64,000 bases of DNA from Nitrospina sp. (GTDB taxonomy: Bacteria; Nitrospinota; Nitrospinia; Nitrospinales; VA-1): NCBI GenBank assembly GCA_018702695.1, contig JABIYR010000177.1, forward strand, positions 17,415 through 81,414, given 5' to 3'. The notes beneath the pieces are model-generated. The model worked only from the letters and a program-made list of their open reading frames with translations, was not told the origin of the DNA and ran no database searches. The translations under genes were made by a program, and so were the position numbers. Shown here one piece after another: positions 29,662 to 39,381 of this stretch. Position 1 is the stretch's first letter; every line of letters starts with the position of its first letter.

Positions 29662-30501
29662 ATGAAACCATCCCCTCATGAGCCGAGTGTTATTTTGTCA
29701 GAGGCTGAGCTAGAGCATAAGAATTGGTGGCTTTTTTCGATCTTGCTCGTTGCTACTTTGGTGACGACCTACTTGTCCGGCGGGTTGCTCTTTTCAGTCA
29801 GCCTCATTCTGATTTTGGGGGCGCATGAGTTCGGTCACTACTGGGCTAGTAGAAAAAATGGGGTGCGTTCCACGTTGCCTTATTTCATTCCCGCGCCACC
29901 TATTTTTATCGCCGGAACCTTTGGCGCTTTTATTCAGATCAAGCAAACCATACCGAACCGCCGCGTTCTACTGGAAATTGGTGCCTTCGGCCCCATAGCG
30001 GGTTTCATTGTTGCCGTGCCCACTCTGATGTATGGACTGTCTCTTTCAACAACCTCATCCGTATTAGGCCTTGAAGGCATAAGCTTTGGCAGTTCTTTTA
30101 TATTAAACCTGTGTTCAGAATGGATCTTGGGGGTGAACCCACAGTCTCCAAACGTAAACATTCATTTGCACCCCATCGCATTTGCCGGGTGGATAGGTTT
30201 ATTTGTGACGGCCTTAAACTTGATCCCCATGGGGCAATTAGACGGGGGCCATATAATTTTTGCCTTGTTTCCAAAACAACATGTCTTATTGGGGCGTATA
30301 TTTTTTTTAGCACTTTTTCCATTGGGCTATTTTTGGCATGGATGGTATTTTTGGGCCGTGATGGTGATTTTAATGGGTTTTAAAACGGCTCCTTTGGTTG
30401 ACGATACCATTGAGTTGAGCCCCAAACATAAGGTTTTAGGGTTAATATCCATAGCCATTTTTATGGTTACTTTTATACCTGTTCCTTTTTCAGTGATCTA
30501 A
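29662..30501 (+). CDS. Site-2 protease family (M50) membrane metalloprotease
   Basis: 279 aa, polytopic, with HEFGHY (HExxH) and NLIPMGQLDGGH motifs. Confidence 0.85.
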   Translation: MKPSPHEPSVILSEAELEHKNWWLFSILLVATLVTTYLSGGLLFSVSLILILGAHEFGHYWASRKNGVRSTLPYFIPAPPIFIAGTFGAFIQIKQTIPNRRVLLEIGAFGPIAGFIVAVPTLMYGLSLSTTSSVLGLEGISFGSSFILNLCSEWILGVNPQSPNVNIHLHPIAFAGWIGLFVTALNLIPMGQLDGGHIIFALFPKQHVLLGRIFFLALFPLGYFWHGWYFWAVMVILMGFKTAPLVDDTIELSPKHKVLGLISIAIFMVTFIPVPFSVI

Positions 30502-30725
30502 ATATAACTCATTGAAAAATTATCAGTTAGCTAGAGATCTTGCTCATTATCCGGAGTTTTCAGGTTCTGATATAGGAGGTGAGATAAATGTAAACGTGTG
30601 TGAAATTAATGCTTTAAATACAATATTTATCTGTAAAAACTGGCGGTGGCATCATAAGTATATGAAATAAAAAGGTAAAATTGTCAAAAATTTGTTAATT
30701 GTGTTGCCGGGGGCCGATAATGTTA

Positions 30726-30754
30726 TTGACAGGGGTGGGGGCGTATGCTACATT
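30726..30754 (+). promoter_or_regulatory. Sigma70-type promoter
   Basis: TTGACA (30726-30731), a 17-nt spacer, then TACATT (30749-30754). Confidence 0.55.
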
Positions 30755-30760
30755 TTCAGT

Positions 30761-30868
30761 ATTCTTAGGGGTACTGAGCTTCTGTCCTGTATCAGGGCAC
30801 ATACAATAAAAAGATCGTTCTTGGTTGCCATCAAGATTTCTTTTTAGGAGTTTGGTACCCCTTTTTTC
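30761..30868 (+). ncRNA. Candidate ~100-nt structured RNA or attenuating leader (family not recognised)
   Basis: Begins just downstream of the promoter above. AGGGGTAC (30767-30774) is the exact complement of GTACCCCT (30855-30862), which is followed by TTTTTTCTT. Internal hairpins are GTCCTG-tat-CAGGGC and TCTTG-gttgccat-CAAGA. No ORF lies inside it. Confidence 0.3.
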
Positions 30869-30900
30869 TTTCCTTCGATGCCTTTCCCTAGAATTTTCTA

Positions 30901-31764
30901 ATGTGTATGAAATGGAATTTGTTAATGGTTAAAAATACAATCCGAAATATTATAAAACCTGCTGTCTCGCACCTTGTTTTTATGGTAGCAATCGGGGTAG
31001 GGGTGGTTGCTAATGCCGGTGGAGTTCAGCCTCTTCCTGATCTGCAAAAAGCCATATCTGAGGTGACATCGCTGTATGGTGAAAAGAGTGTTTGGGCTGA
31101 TAAACAATTTCAGGTGCAGAAGTTTTATTACCAGATACAAAGTAAATCGCAGAAACTAAAAATATTGAATGAAGTTAAGGAGCATTTTGAAAAAGCTGTT
31201 GTCAAAGCGGAAGAAAATTTTAATTCGGACGAAGGGGAAGTCAGTCAATCAGCGATTACCAAATTGAAGCTTGGCCTTGCTGGCACTTTGAATGATATCG
31301 TTGAACTGGAGAGTCAAAAAAAGATAGCGCGTTTATCGCTGGCTTTAATTTCTAAGAATACCTACTCTGCCGACAGAGAAATGTCTGACCTTGAAATAAC
31401 TCCGGTTGAATTTAGTTTTAAAAATTACGACGAATGGTTTAAGGTTTCGGGGTTGGTGCTTCGCAATGAAGAAACTTCAAGTGGTACCTTTGCCGATGAG
31501 GTGGCCCTCAATACAGCTTATCTGAAGTCAGAGGAAAACCAAGCTAAACTCGATATTGCAAAGAATAATCGTAAAATCACACGAGCTTTACTTGTTAGTG
31601 AAGTAGCAAATTACGATTTTGGAATTGGAGACCCCGCAGATTTATTTGAAGCGCTCATTATATACACACGAGTCTTGAGTGGTTATTATGACTCGGTTTA
31701 TAATTTCAACCTCGCTGTTGCAGATTTGAATCGGATGAAAGCTTCATGGATAGGGATACCCTAA
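30901..31764 (+). CDS. Hypothetical exported protein, possibly half-size TolC/OEP-like
   Basis: 287 aa with an N-terminal hydrophobic segment. Long helical regions and a C-terminal segment (ALLVSEVANYDFGIGDPADLFEALIIYTRVLSGYYDSVYNFNLAVADLNRM) recall one repeat of outer-membrane efflux proteins. The start is uncertain because there is no clear RBS. It overlaps dprA by 19 nt. Confidence 0.4.
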   Translation: MCMKWNLLMVKNTIRNIIKPAVSHLVFMVAIGVGVVANAGGVQPLPDLQKAISEVTSLYGEKSVWADKQFQVQKFYYQIQSKSQKLKILNEVKEHFEKAVVKAEENFNSDEGEVSQSAITKLKLGLAGTLNDIVELESQKKIARLSLALISKNTYSADREMSDLEITPVEFSFKNYDEWFKVSGLVLRNEETSSGTFADEVALNTAYLKSEENQAKLDIAKNNRKITRALLVSEVANYDFGIGDPADLFEALIIYTRVLSGYYDSVYNFNLAVADLNRMKASWIGIP

Positions 31765-32861
31765 AATATTGGCTCGCTTTGAATAATGTGGTTGGAGTGG
31801 GGCGCACTTTGTTCCATCGACTTGTTCAGGCTTTTGGTTCTCCGCGCGAAGTATTTTCTGCATCCAAAAATGATTTATTACGGGTTCAAGGTCTTGGCGA
31901 TAAGGTCGCTGGTGAAATCAAGCGGTTTGATATAGATTCATCCTCAGAGCGTGAATTGCGGTTTGCAGAAAAAGAGGGCGTGCGAATTTTAACGTTAGAA
32001 AGCCCTGAATATTCGTCTTTGCTAAAATCGATTTTTGACCCGCCTCCTGTGTTATATATTCAAGGCAAGCCTTTAGACACGATTAATTTGCCTTTAGCGG
32101 TTGTCGGGACACGCACTCCTTCGGAGTATGGCAAACTGGTTGCAGAGAGACTGTGTTTGAAATTGGCCACCGCAGGTTTCAGTATAATCAGCGGTCTTGC
32201 TAGAGGGGTAGACACTTTAGCCCATAAGGCGGCACTTTCTGTTGGGGCCGATACCGTGGCTGTTTTTGGATGTGGTTTGGGGCATACTTATCCACCGGAG
32301 AATATTAAGTTGCGCCAACAAATCATTGCACAAGGGGCGGTGATCTCTGAGTTTCCTATTCTCATGCGACCGGATCGTAATAATTTCCCGGCTCGAAACA
32401 GAATTTTAAGTGGTTTATCACTGGGGACAGTGGTTGTTGAAGCGGCTGAGAAGAGCGGGGCTTTGATTACAGCCGATTTTGCTTTGGAGCAGGGGAGGGA
32501 GGTTTTTGCGGTTCCAGGAAATATCACTTCTCCCAACAGCCGGGGTACCAATGAACTTATTAAGGCCGGAGCAAAACTGGTCGACCGACCTGAGTCCATT
32601 CTTGAAGAGCTTTTACCAGCCTATGGCGAAAGTTTATTGACGAAAACGGGAAAAGAGGAAGCCAAAATAAAACTAGATAATGATGAGGAAAAGCAGGTTT
32701 TCTCCTTGTTATCTCTAGAGGGTAGGCATATAGACAATTTGATTGAAAATACCGATTTGTCTCCTGCGCAAGTTTCAGCTACACTATTGCATCTTGAATT
32801 GCGAGGCTTGGTTCGGCAATTGAGTGGAAAAATGTATATTTCTAATTGCGGTAATGAATAG
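31746..32861 (+). CDS. dprA: DNA processing protein DprA (Smf)
   Basis: 371 aa with GLARGVDTLAHKAAL and FPARNRILSGLS motifs and a C-terminal winged-helix-like tail. Confidence 0.93.
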   Translation: MDRDTLKYWLALNNVVGVGRTLFHRLVQAFGSPREVFSASKNDLLRVQGLGDKVAGEIKRFDIDSSSERELRFAEKEGVRILTLESPEYSSLLKSIFDPPPVLYIQGKPLDTINLPLAVVGTRTPSEYGKLVAERLCLKLATAGFSIISGLARGVDTLAHKAALSVGADTVAVFGCGLGHTYPPENIKLRQQIIAQGAVISEFPILMRPDRNNFPARNRILSGLSLGTVVVEAAEKSGALITADFALEQGREVFAVPGNITSPNSRGTNELIKAGAKLVDRPESILEELLPAYGESLLTKTGKEEAKIKLDNDEEKQVFSLLSLEGRHIDNLIENTDLSPAQVSATLLHLELRGLVRQLSGKMYISNCGNE

Positions 32862-32876
32862 AATTTGAGAGGAAAT

Positions 32877-35141
32877 ATGGCTAAATCGTTATTAATTGTT
32901 GAGTCCCCAACTAAAGTCAACACTTTGAAAAAAATTGTTGGCAAGGATTTTATTATTAAAGCCTCTGTCGGTCATCTCAAAGACTTGCCCAAAAAGAAGT
33001 TGGGTGTGGACGTTGATAATAATTTTGCTCCCGAATACATCACTATCCGCGGAAAAGGAAAAATTCTACAAGAACTTAAAACCGCCGCCAAGAAGGTCGA
33101 TAAGATTTTCCTGGCTCCCGATCCCGATCGTGAGGGAGAAGCCATTGCTTATCATATTGGCAATGAGGTGGCAAGGTTCACCAAGGGCAAAATCTACCGA
33201 GTTCTATTTAATGAAATAACGAAAAAAGCCGTTCTAGAAGCCATTAATAACCCAACGGAACTCAATACCAATCGTGTGAATGCGCAACAGGCTCGCAGGA
33301 TTTTAGATCGATTGGTGGGGTATAAAATCAGCCCCATCTTATGGAAAAAAGTGCATCGAGGTTTGAGTGCAGGGCGTGTTCAATCTGTTGCTCTGAGGAT
33401 TGTTTGTGAAAGAGAGAGGGAAATTCTCGACTTCAAACCGCGTGAATATTGGTCGATCACCTTAGAGCTTGAGGGCAGTCAAAAACCGCAATTCCAGGCC
33501 AAACTATTCAAAATAGATGGAAATAAAGCTGAGGTTGCAAACAAATCTGAGGCCGATGAGATTCTTGAAAATTTGCAAGGGGCCAATCCGCTTCTTGAAA
33601 GTATTGTTAAGAAAGAACGAAAACGAAACCCCAGCGCCCCTTTTATTACCAGTACTCTCCAGCAGGAAGCCTCTCGAAAACTGAATTTTTCACCCAAAAA
33701 GACCATGATGCTGGCCCAACGCCTGTATGAGGGGATTGCATTGGGGAAAAAGGGAACCGTAGGTCTGATTACTTATATGCGTACCGATTCGGTAAAACTG
33801 TCGGATCAGGCACTCGATGAAGTGCGGACTTTTATTCCCGAGAAATATGGCAAGGAGTATCTCCCGGCAAAACCGAATTTCTATAAGAGCAAAAAATCAG
33901 CGCAAGAGGCTCATGAGGCTATTCGCCCGACGGATGTACAATTAGAACCCAATGCGATTAAAGAACATCTGGAGAAAGATTCCTTCCGGCTTTATCAATT
34001 AATTTGGTCGCGTTTTGTTTCCTGCCAGATGGTTCCCGCTGTGTTGGACACCACTCAATTTGATATCACGACCGGGAAGTATTTATTCCGCAGTAATGGT
34101 TCGATATTGAAGTTTGCTGGTTTCATGAAGGTCTATGTTGAGAGCAATGATGACGAGCAGGCCGAAGGGGCTAAACCCAGTGCTAAAGGGGACGACCGTT
34201 TGTTGCCGCCATTGGAAAAGGGCGAAACCTTAAAACTGCAAGAAATATTGCCGGAACAGCATTTTACTCAACCGCCAGCCCGGTTTTCTGAGGCAATGCT
34301 GGTTAAAGAGCTAGAAGACAAAGGCGTTGGCAGGCCGAGTACCTATGCGGCTATCATCAGCGTGATTAAAGACCGCGACTATATTCAAAATATTGAACGA
34401 CGGTTACAACCTGTTGAGCTTGGGTTCATGATCAACGACCTACTGGTTGAAAACTTTCCGGATATCATTTCGACTGAATTCACAGCAAAAATGGAAGAGC
34501 AGTTGGATGATATTGAAGGCGGGAGACTTGAGTGGACCGAGGCCTTGAACACATTTTATACGCCTTTCAAAGCCGACTTGGAAAAGGCCGAAGAAAAAAT
34601 GAAGGATTTCAAAGCTCAGGTTGAAGAAACCGATGCCGTTTGTGAGAAATGCGAAAAGCCCATGATCATTAAATGGGGCCGATTTGGTAAGTTTATGGCA
34701 TGCTCCGGGTACCCAGAATGTAAAAACACCAAAGACTTGGGCGATAAAGGCGACTCGGAAGATGGCGGGAAATCGGATGAGGTGGAAGGCAATTGTGATT
34801 TATGCGAGTCGGCACTGATCATGAAACGCGGACGTTTTGGAAAATTTATTGCCTGCTCCAATTATCCAGACTGTAAATTCACAAAACCGATTGGATTGGG
34901 GATCGCTTGTCCTGAAGAAGCTTGTGAAGGTGAGATTGCTCCACGACGTTCCAAAAAGGGAAGAACCTTTTATGGGTGTACGAAATACCCGGATTGCAAA
35001 TTTACATCTTGGGATAAACCCGTCGCAGAAGCCTGTCCTGAGTGCAAAAATCCATTTATGGTTGAGAAGTGGAAGAAGAATGAAGACCCGTCTATACTCT
35101 GCCCCAACTGTGGTTTTACAAAAACCAATGCTGCCGCTTAG
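32877..35141 (+). CDS. topA: DNA topoisomerase I
   Basis: Toprim region LLIVESPTKVNTLKKI, DPDREGEAIAYH, active-site Tyr region ITYMRTDS, and four C-terminal Cys4 zinc ribbons. The ATG at 32877 follows a GAGAGGA RBS; the track start at 32865 is a TTG. Confidence 0.96.
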   Translation: MAKSLLIVESPTKVNTLKKIVGKDFIIKASVGHLKDLPKKKLGVDVDNNFAPEYITIRGKGKILQELKTAAKKVDKIFLAPDPDREGEAIAYHIGNEVARFTKGKIYRVLFNEITKKAVLEAINNPTELNTNRVNAQQARRILDRLVGYKISPILWKKVHRGLSAGRVQSVALRIVCEREREILDFKPREYWSITLELEGSQKPQFQAKLFKIDGNKAEVANKSEADEILENLQGANPLLESIVKKERKRNPSAPFITSTLQQEASRKLNFSPKKTMMLAQRLYEGIALGKKGTVGLITYMRTDSVKLSDQALDEVRTFIPEKYGKEYLPAKPNFYKSKKSAQEAHEAIRPTDVQLEPNAIKEHLEKDSFRLYQLIWSRFVSCQMVPAVLDTTQFDITTGKYLFRSNGSILKFAGFMKVYVESNDDEQAEGAKPSAKGDDRLLPPLEKGETLKLQEILPEQHFTQPPARFSEAMLVKELEDKGVGRPSTYAAIISVIKDRDYIQNIERRLQPVELGFMINDLLVENFPDIISTEFTAKMEEQLDDIEGGRLEWTEALNTFYTPFKADLEKAEEKMKDFKAQVEETDAVCEKCEKPMIIKWGRFGKFMACSGYPECKNTKDLGDKGDSEDGGKSDEVEGNCDLCESALIMKRGRFGKFIACSNYPDCKFTKPIGLGIACPEEACEGEIAPRRSKKGRTFYGCTKYPDCKFTSWDKPVAEACPECKNPFMVEKWKKNEDPSILCPNCGFTKTNAAA

Positions 35142-36473
35142 GTGAATGTGAATAATTTTTTAACCGTCATTGGTGCAGGGCTTGCCGGCTCAGAAGCGGC
35201 ATGGCAAGCGGCAGAGCGTGGTGTAAAAGTCATATTGTATGAAATGCGTCCGGTTACTGCAACGCCTGCTCATAAGACGGAAAACTGCGCCGAGCTTGTA
35301 TGCAGTAATTCTCTGGGCAATAACCTAGCTTACTCAGCCCCCTTTATCCTCAAAGAAGAACTCCGTAGTTTTAATTCCATCATCATAGATTCTGGTGATA
35401 ATAACTCTGTTCCGGCTGGGTCTGCATTAGCGGTTGATCGCGATCTATTTGCACAAGAGGTTACCGCCAAACTCTCTAATCACCCCAATATCACCATCAA
35501 GCGGGAAGAGGTTGTCGAAATTCCGCCAGAGGGGCCCGTTATCATCGCAACCGGGCCTTTGACTTCACCCCGTTTATCGGATCAGATTTCTAAGTTAATC
35601 GGGCAAGAATATCTTTATTTTTACGATGCGCTTTCCCCGATTGTCAATGCGGCAACCATCGATTATGACAAAGCCTTTTTTGCTTCTCGTTATGATAAAG
35701 GTGATGCCGACTATTTGAATTGCCCGATGAATGTGAGTCAGTATTATGAATTTGTCCGAGAGCTAAAAGCCTCCGATAAAGTTTCTCTGTCTTCATTTGA
35801 AAAGCCTATTTATTTTGAAGGTTGTATGCCCATTGAGGTTTTGGCTGAGAGGGGAGACCGGACTTTGGCTTTTGGGCCGTTAAAACCTGTGGGTTTACCC
35901 GACCCTAAAACCGGGACGCTGGCTCATGCGGTGGTGCAATTACGGCGTGAAAATAAAGAAAGCTCGGCTTTTAATCTTGTAGGGTTTCAAACTAAACTCA
36001 CCTATCCGGAGCAGAAAAGAATATTTTCTAAAATTCCGGGTTTGGAAAATGCAGAGTTTTTTCGATTTGGTGCGATTCATCGCAATACTTATATCAACTC
36101 ACCCAGCCTTTTGAATAATGAGCTGGAATTATTGAGTCGCCCAGGAACTTATTTTGCCGGGCAAGTAACCGGGGTGGAAGGTTATGTTGAGTCTTCTGCT
36201 ATGGGTTTGTTAGCGAGTCTTAGTGCAGTGGCTAAAATTATGGGTACCGTTTATAAACCACCGCCAGCCGATACGGCGTTGGGGGCATTGCTAAATTACA
36301 TAACGTTATCGAGGAAACAGGGGTTCCAACCCATGAATATTAATTTTGGTTTGTTCTGGGTTCAGGAAATGAAAATTAAAGATAAAAAAATGAGAAATCA
36401 AAAAATTGCCACCAACGCAATGGAAAAACTAAAGGCGTGGAAGGATGGCATGGCTACTCTGGCTCAACCCTAA
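35142..36473 (+). CDS. trmFO: Methylenetetrahydrofolate--tRNA-(uracil-5-)-methyltransferase TrmFO
   Basis: 443 aa with the FAD motif VIGAGLAGSEAAWQAAERG, plus ELVCSNSLG. The dprA-topA-trmFO synteny is conserved. GTG start abutting the topA stop. Confidence 0.93.
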   Translation: MNVNNFLTVIGAGLAGSEAAWQAAERGVKVILYEMRPVTATPAHKTENCAELVCSNSLGNNLAYSAPFILKEELRSFNSIIIDSGDNNSVPAGSALAVDRDLFAQEVTAKLSNHPNITIKREEVVEIPPEGPVIIATGPLTSPRLSDQISKLIGQEYLYFYDALSPIVNAATIDYDKAFFASRYDKGDADYLNCPMNVSQYYEFVRELKASDKVSLSSFEKPIYFEGCMPIEVLAERGDRTLAFGPLKPVGLPDPKTGTLAHAVVQLRRENKESSAFNLVGFQTKLTYPEQKRIFSKIPGLENAEFFRFGAIHRNTYINSPSLLNNELELLSRPGTYFAGQVTGVEGYVESSAMGLLASLSAVAKIMGTVYKPPPADTALGALLNYITLSRKQGFQPMNINFGLFWVQEMKIKDKKMRNQKIATNAMEKLKAWKDGMATLAQP

Positions 36474-36489
36474 CAACTGTCCATGTTTT

Positions 36490-39339
36490 TTATACAATAC
36501 AGACCGCCATCACTTGTTTTAAGTCACAATCGCCTTTGAAGATTTTGTAGATTCCATCTTGTTTGAGTGTGGTCATGCCTTCGGTCAAACCTTGTTCGCG
36601 CAAATCTTCGACCAGGGCCTGTTTCATGACCATTCGTTTTATTTCATCCGTCCCTTCCAGACATTCATGCAAACCGGTTCGCCCTGCATAACCTGTATCT
36701 GTGCAGTTGTTGCATCCCACAGGTTTTTTCAACATTAAGTCGTCCGTATATTGAATATTGAGTTTTTCAAAGCCATTGCCATATTCCTTGACCAATGCAT
36801 CAAACTCTTCCTGATTGGGGTGGTAGTCTTCTTTGCATTCCTTGCACAGGGTCCGCACCAGTCTTTGCGCGACAATGAGGAGTAACGCATCGGCGAAGTT
36901 GAGGGGGTTCATTCCCATGTCCAACAATCGAGTGATGGTTTCTGGGGCTGAATTGGTATGCAAGGTACTAAATACCAAGTGACCGGTTAGAGATGCCTCC
37001 AAACCAATGGAACAGGTTTCGGCATCACGCATTTCACCGACCATGATGACATCGGGATCGCCACGTAAAAATGACTTCATGGCGCGCGCGAAGTCGAGGC
37101 CAATTTTGTTGAGCATTTGAACCTGACGCAGACCTTTCTGGGTGATTTCTACCGGGTCTTCAGCCGTCCAGATTTTTCGTTCTGGTTTGTTGATATAACC
37201 TAAAACGGAATGCAGAGTGGTGGTCTTACCCGATCCGGTCGGGCCTACCACAAGGATCAAGCCGTAAGGCTTGCTAGCGCTTTCTTGAATTAAATTTAAA
37301 TTTCGATCACTGAAATTCATTTTCTCAAGTGGAATGGGTTTGCTCGCGGCTAAAATACGAAGCACGGCATCTTCATTGCCTCCAACCGTAGGGCAGGTGG
37401 CAACTCGATACTCAATTTCCTTCTTGCCGTATTTCATTTTGATTTTCCCATCCTGAGGCATGCGTCTTTCGGCAATATCCAGCTTGGACATGATTTTGAT
37501 TCTGGATATAAGGGCTTGTTTATAAATTGAGGGAATTTCTTCGTAAATGGTACAGGTTCCATCTTTGCGAAATCGAACCATGACACTATCTTTACCGATA
37601 CCCGGCTCTATATGGATATCTGAAACACCTCGATCATAAGCATCGATCAAAATTTTATTCACCAGTCTGACAATGGTGCTATCTGTTTCGCTGATGGCAT
37701 TGGAGCCGTCATCTTCATCCTGATCGACTTCGATTTCTCCCTGCTCGTCTTTGAGTGCGCTCAGCAAGCTAGATAGTTCCTCGGTCTGGGGTTCTGGCCC
37801 GGCAGAGAGGTCTTCACCTAGTGAGGAATTCAAAAAATCTATAATGTCAATTTTCAAGCCGATCTTGTATTCAATTTCTTTTTTCGGAAAAATTTGTCGT
37901 ATATTTTGATTTCTATCAGGGTTTAAAGGATCATTGATGAGAAGGGTGATTTTATCGCCGTCTTGTTGAATAGGAATCCAAAAGTTTTTTGTGAGAAAAT
38001 TACGGTTCAACCCGGTCAATATTTCTGCTGGCAATATCACCGTATCACTGTAACCAAAATAGGGGAACCCGTAAAAGGTCTCCAGTGATTGACCTACATC
38101 TTTGCGTTTCAATTTAAAATCGAGCATTAAAATTGATTCTACATCGATCTGGCTTTTTCTAGACTTGGAAGTGGCTTGAGTTAATTCTTCTTCGGTGATG
38201 ATTCCATTTTGTAGTAAATAACCAAACTTGGTTGGTTTGGATGGAATATATTTTTCCTGGTTATTGAAAGCCAAAGCTAATGTTTCCGAGATAATGGAAG
38301 CACTTTTTTCATCTTGAGCGCTGAACTTGTCCGCATTGAGATTGTTAATCAGTTGAAGAACACCCATGAGTTTACCGGCATGAAGTAGAGGGTAAACCAA
38401 AACAGATTTAGTAAGATCTCCCGATATCTTGTCCCAAGAACTGTCAAACCTTAGGTCAGGGTGATATTTTTGGAGTTCTTGTTCGTTATAGACATCGATA
38501 ATATTTACGCTCTTTTGTTGCATGCCGACCCAACCGGCGATGCTGACAGGTGAAATGGCGACACGGATCTCATTGATTTGCTCACCTGATTTAACTTTGG
38601 AGAAAATTTCATTTTTCGGAGTATCGACGGCATAAATAGTGATGGCTTGCGCCTCAAACAAATCTAAAATTGAGTCCTTCAATTCTATGAGAATCTCATC
38701 AATATGTTTTGCCGAATGGATAGCTTGTGAAATGCGATGCAGGTTTTCTTCAGGCGAAAGGATCTCGTTAAAAGGGAGGGGGGCATCGCCATACTCTTCT
38801 TCGAGTTGCGCAAAAACACTCCCGAGTATGGGGGATATTTCTCGAGCCTGTTTATAATCGATTTCGGAAAATGCCTCTGTATTATTCTGGCGGGTTACTT
38901 CTATCACGCCGATCAATTTTTTATTATGTGGAATAGGCAGTACCATAATGGCTTTTGTTTTGATGTCGAGTGAGACATCAAAGGTGGAGCCTTTGGTAAG
39001 TTGAGGGTGAAGTTTTGTAAGGTATTCTTCAGAGTACGCATCTGCTAAATTTATGGGTTTCCCTGTTCCGGCTACAAACCCTGCGAGACTACCGGTACCA
39101 ATCTCTAGCCGAATCGGCGCTTCTTGATTTTTCAGAGTGTTGCGTGAAAATAATTGCCGCTTCACTCTGTCTAAGGCAAATAGGGTGATCGCATCACAAT
39201 GCCAAACATCTTTCAAGGCATTGATCAACTCTGCAACCGTTGTGGCGACATCGGCGGTTGTTTGAGCTTGAGCCAAAATTGAATTGAGTTTGGCTCCATT
39301 TTCTAAGTTTTCGACTGATGCGTTTTGGTTGCTTTCCAT
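36490..39339 (-). CDS. GAF-GAF-T2SSE_N-GspE/PilB-type secretion ATPase, copy A
   Basis: 949 aa with two GAF-like domains and a T2SSE_N-like segment (TKFGYLLQNGIITEEELTQATSKSRK). Walker A is GPTGSGKTTTLHS, and there is a tetracysteine CKEC...GCNNC...TGYAGR motif. Confidence 0.9.
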   Translation of the reverse strand: MESNQNASVENLENGAKLNSILAQAQTTADVATTVAELINALKDVWHCDAITLFALDRVKRQLFSRNTLKNQEAPIRLEIGTGSLAGFVAGTGKPINLADAYSEEYLTKLHPQLTKGSTFDVSLDIKTKAIMVLPIPHNKKLIGVIEVTRQNNTEAFSEIDYKQAREISPILGSVFAQLEEEYGDAPLPFNEILSPEENLHRISQAIHSAKHIDEILIELKDSILDLFEAQAITIYAVDTPKNEIFSKVKSGEQINEIRVAISPVSIAGWVGMQQKSVNIIDVYNEQELQKYHPDLRFDSSWDKISGDLTKSVLVYPLLHAGKLMGVLQLINNLNADKFSAQDEKSASIISETLALAFNNQEKYIPSKPTKFGYLLQNGIITEEELTQATSKSRKSQIDVESILMLDFKLKRKDVGQSLETFYGFPYFGYSDTVILPAEILTGLNRNFLTKNFWIPIQQDGDKITLLINDPLNPDRNQNIRQIFPKKEIEYKIGLKIDIIDFLNSSLGEDLSAGPEPQTEELSSLLSALKDEQGEIEVDQDEDDGSNAISETDSTIVRLVNKILIDAYDRGVSDIHIEPGIGKDSVMVRFRKDGTCTIYEEIPSIYKQALISRIKIMSKLDIAERRMPQDGKIKMKYGKKEIEYRVATCPTVGGNEDAVLRILAASKPIPLEKMNFSDRNLNLIQESASKPYGLILVVGPTGSGKTTTLHSVLGYINKPERKIWTAEDPVEITQKGLRQVQMLNKIGLDFARAMKSFLRGDPDVIMVGEMRDAETCSIGLEASLTGHLVFSTLHTNSAPETITRLLDMGMNPLNFADALLLIVAQRLVRTLCKECKEDYHPNQEEFDALVKEYGNGFEKLNIQYTDDLMLKKPVGCNNCTDTGYAGRTGLHECLEGTDEIKRMVMKQALVEDLREQGLTEGMTTLKQDGIYKIFKGDCDLKQVMAVCIV

Positions 39340-39381
39340 TATTTTTTGACGAAATAGGTTTGAGTTAAGATCTTTTTTTTG

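Noticed and set aside
30761-30868. Identity of the candidate RNAs (here and at 53283-53461) as SRP RNA, 6S RNA, tmRNA or RNase P RNA
   Set aside because: I could not find the conserved SRP domain-IV core, a 6S-type end-to-end rod with central bubble, or tRNA-like ends. They are left as unclassified candidates.
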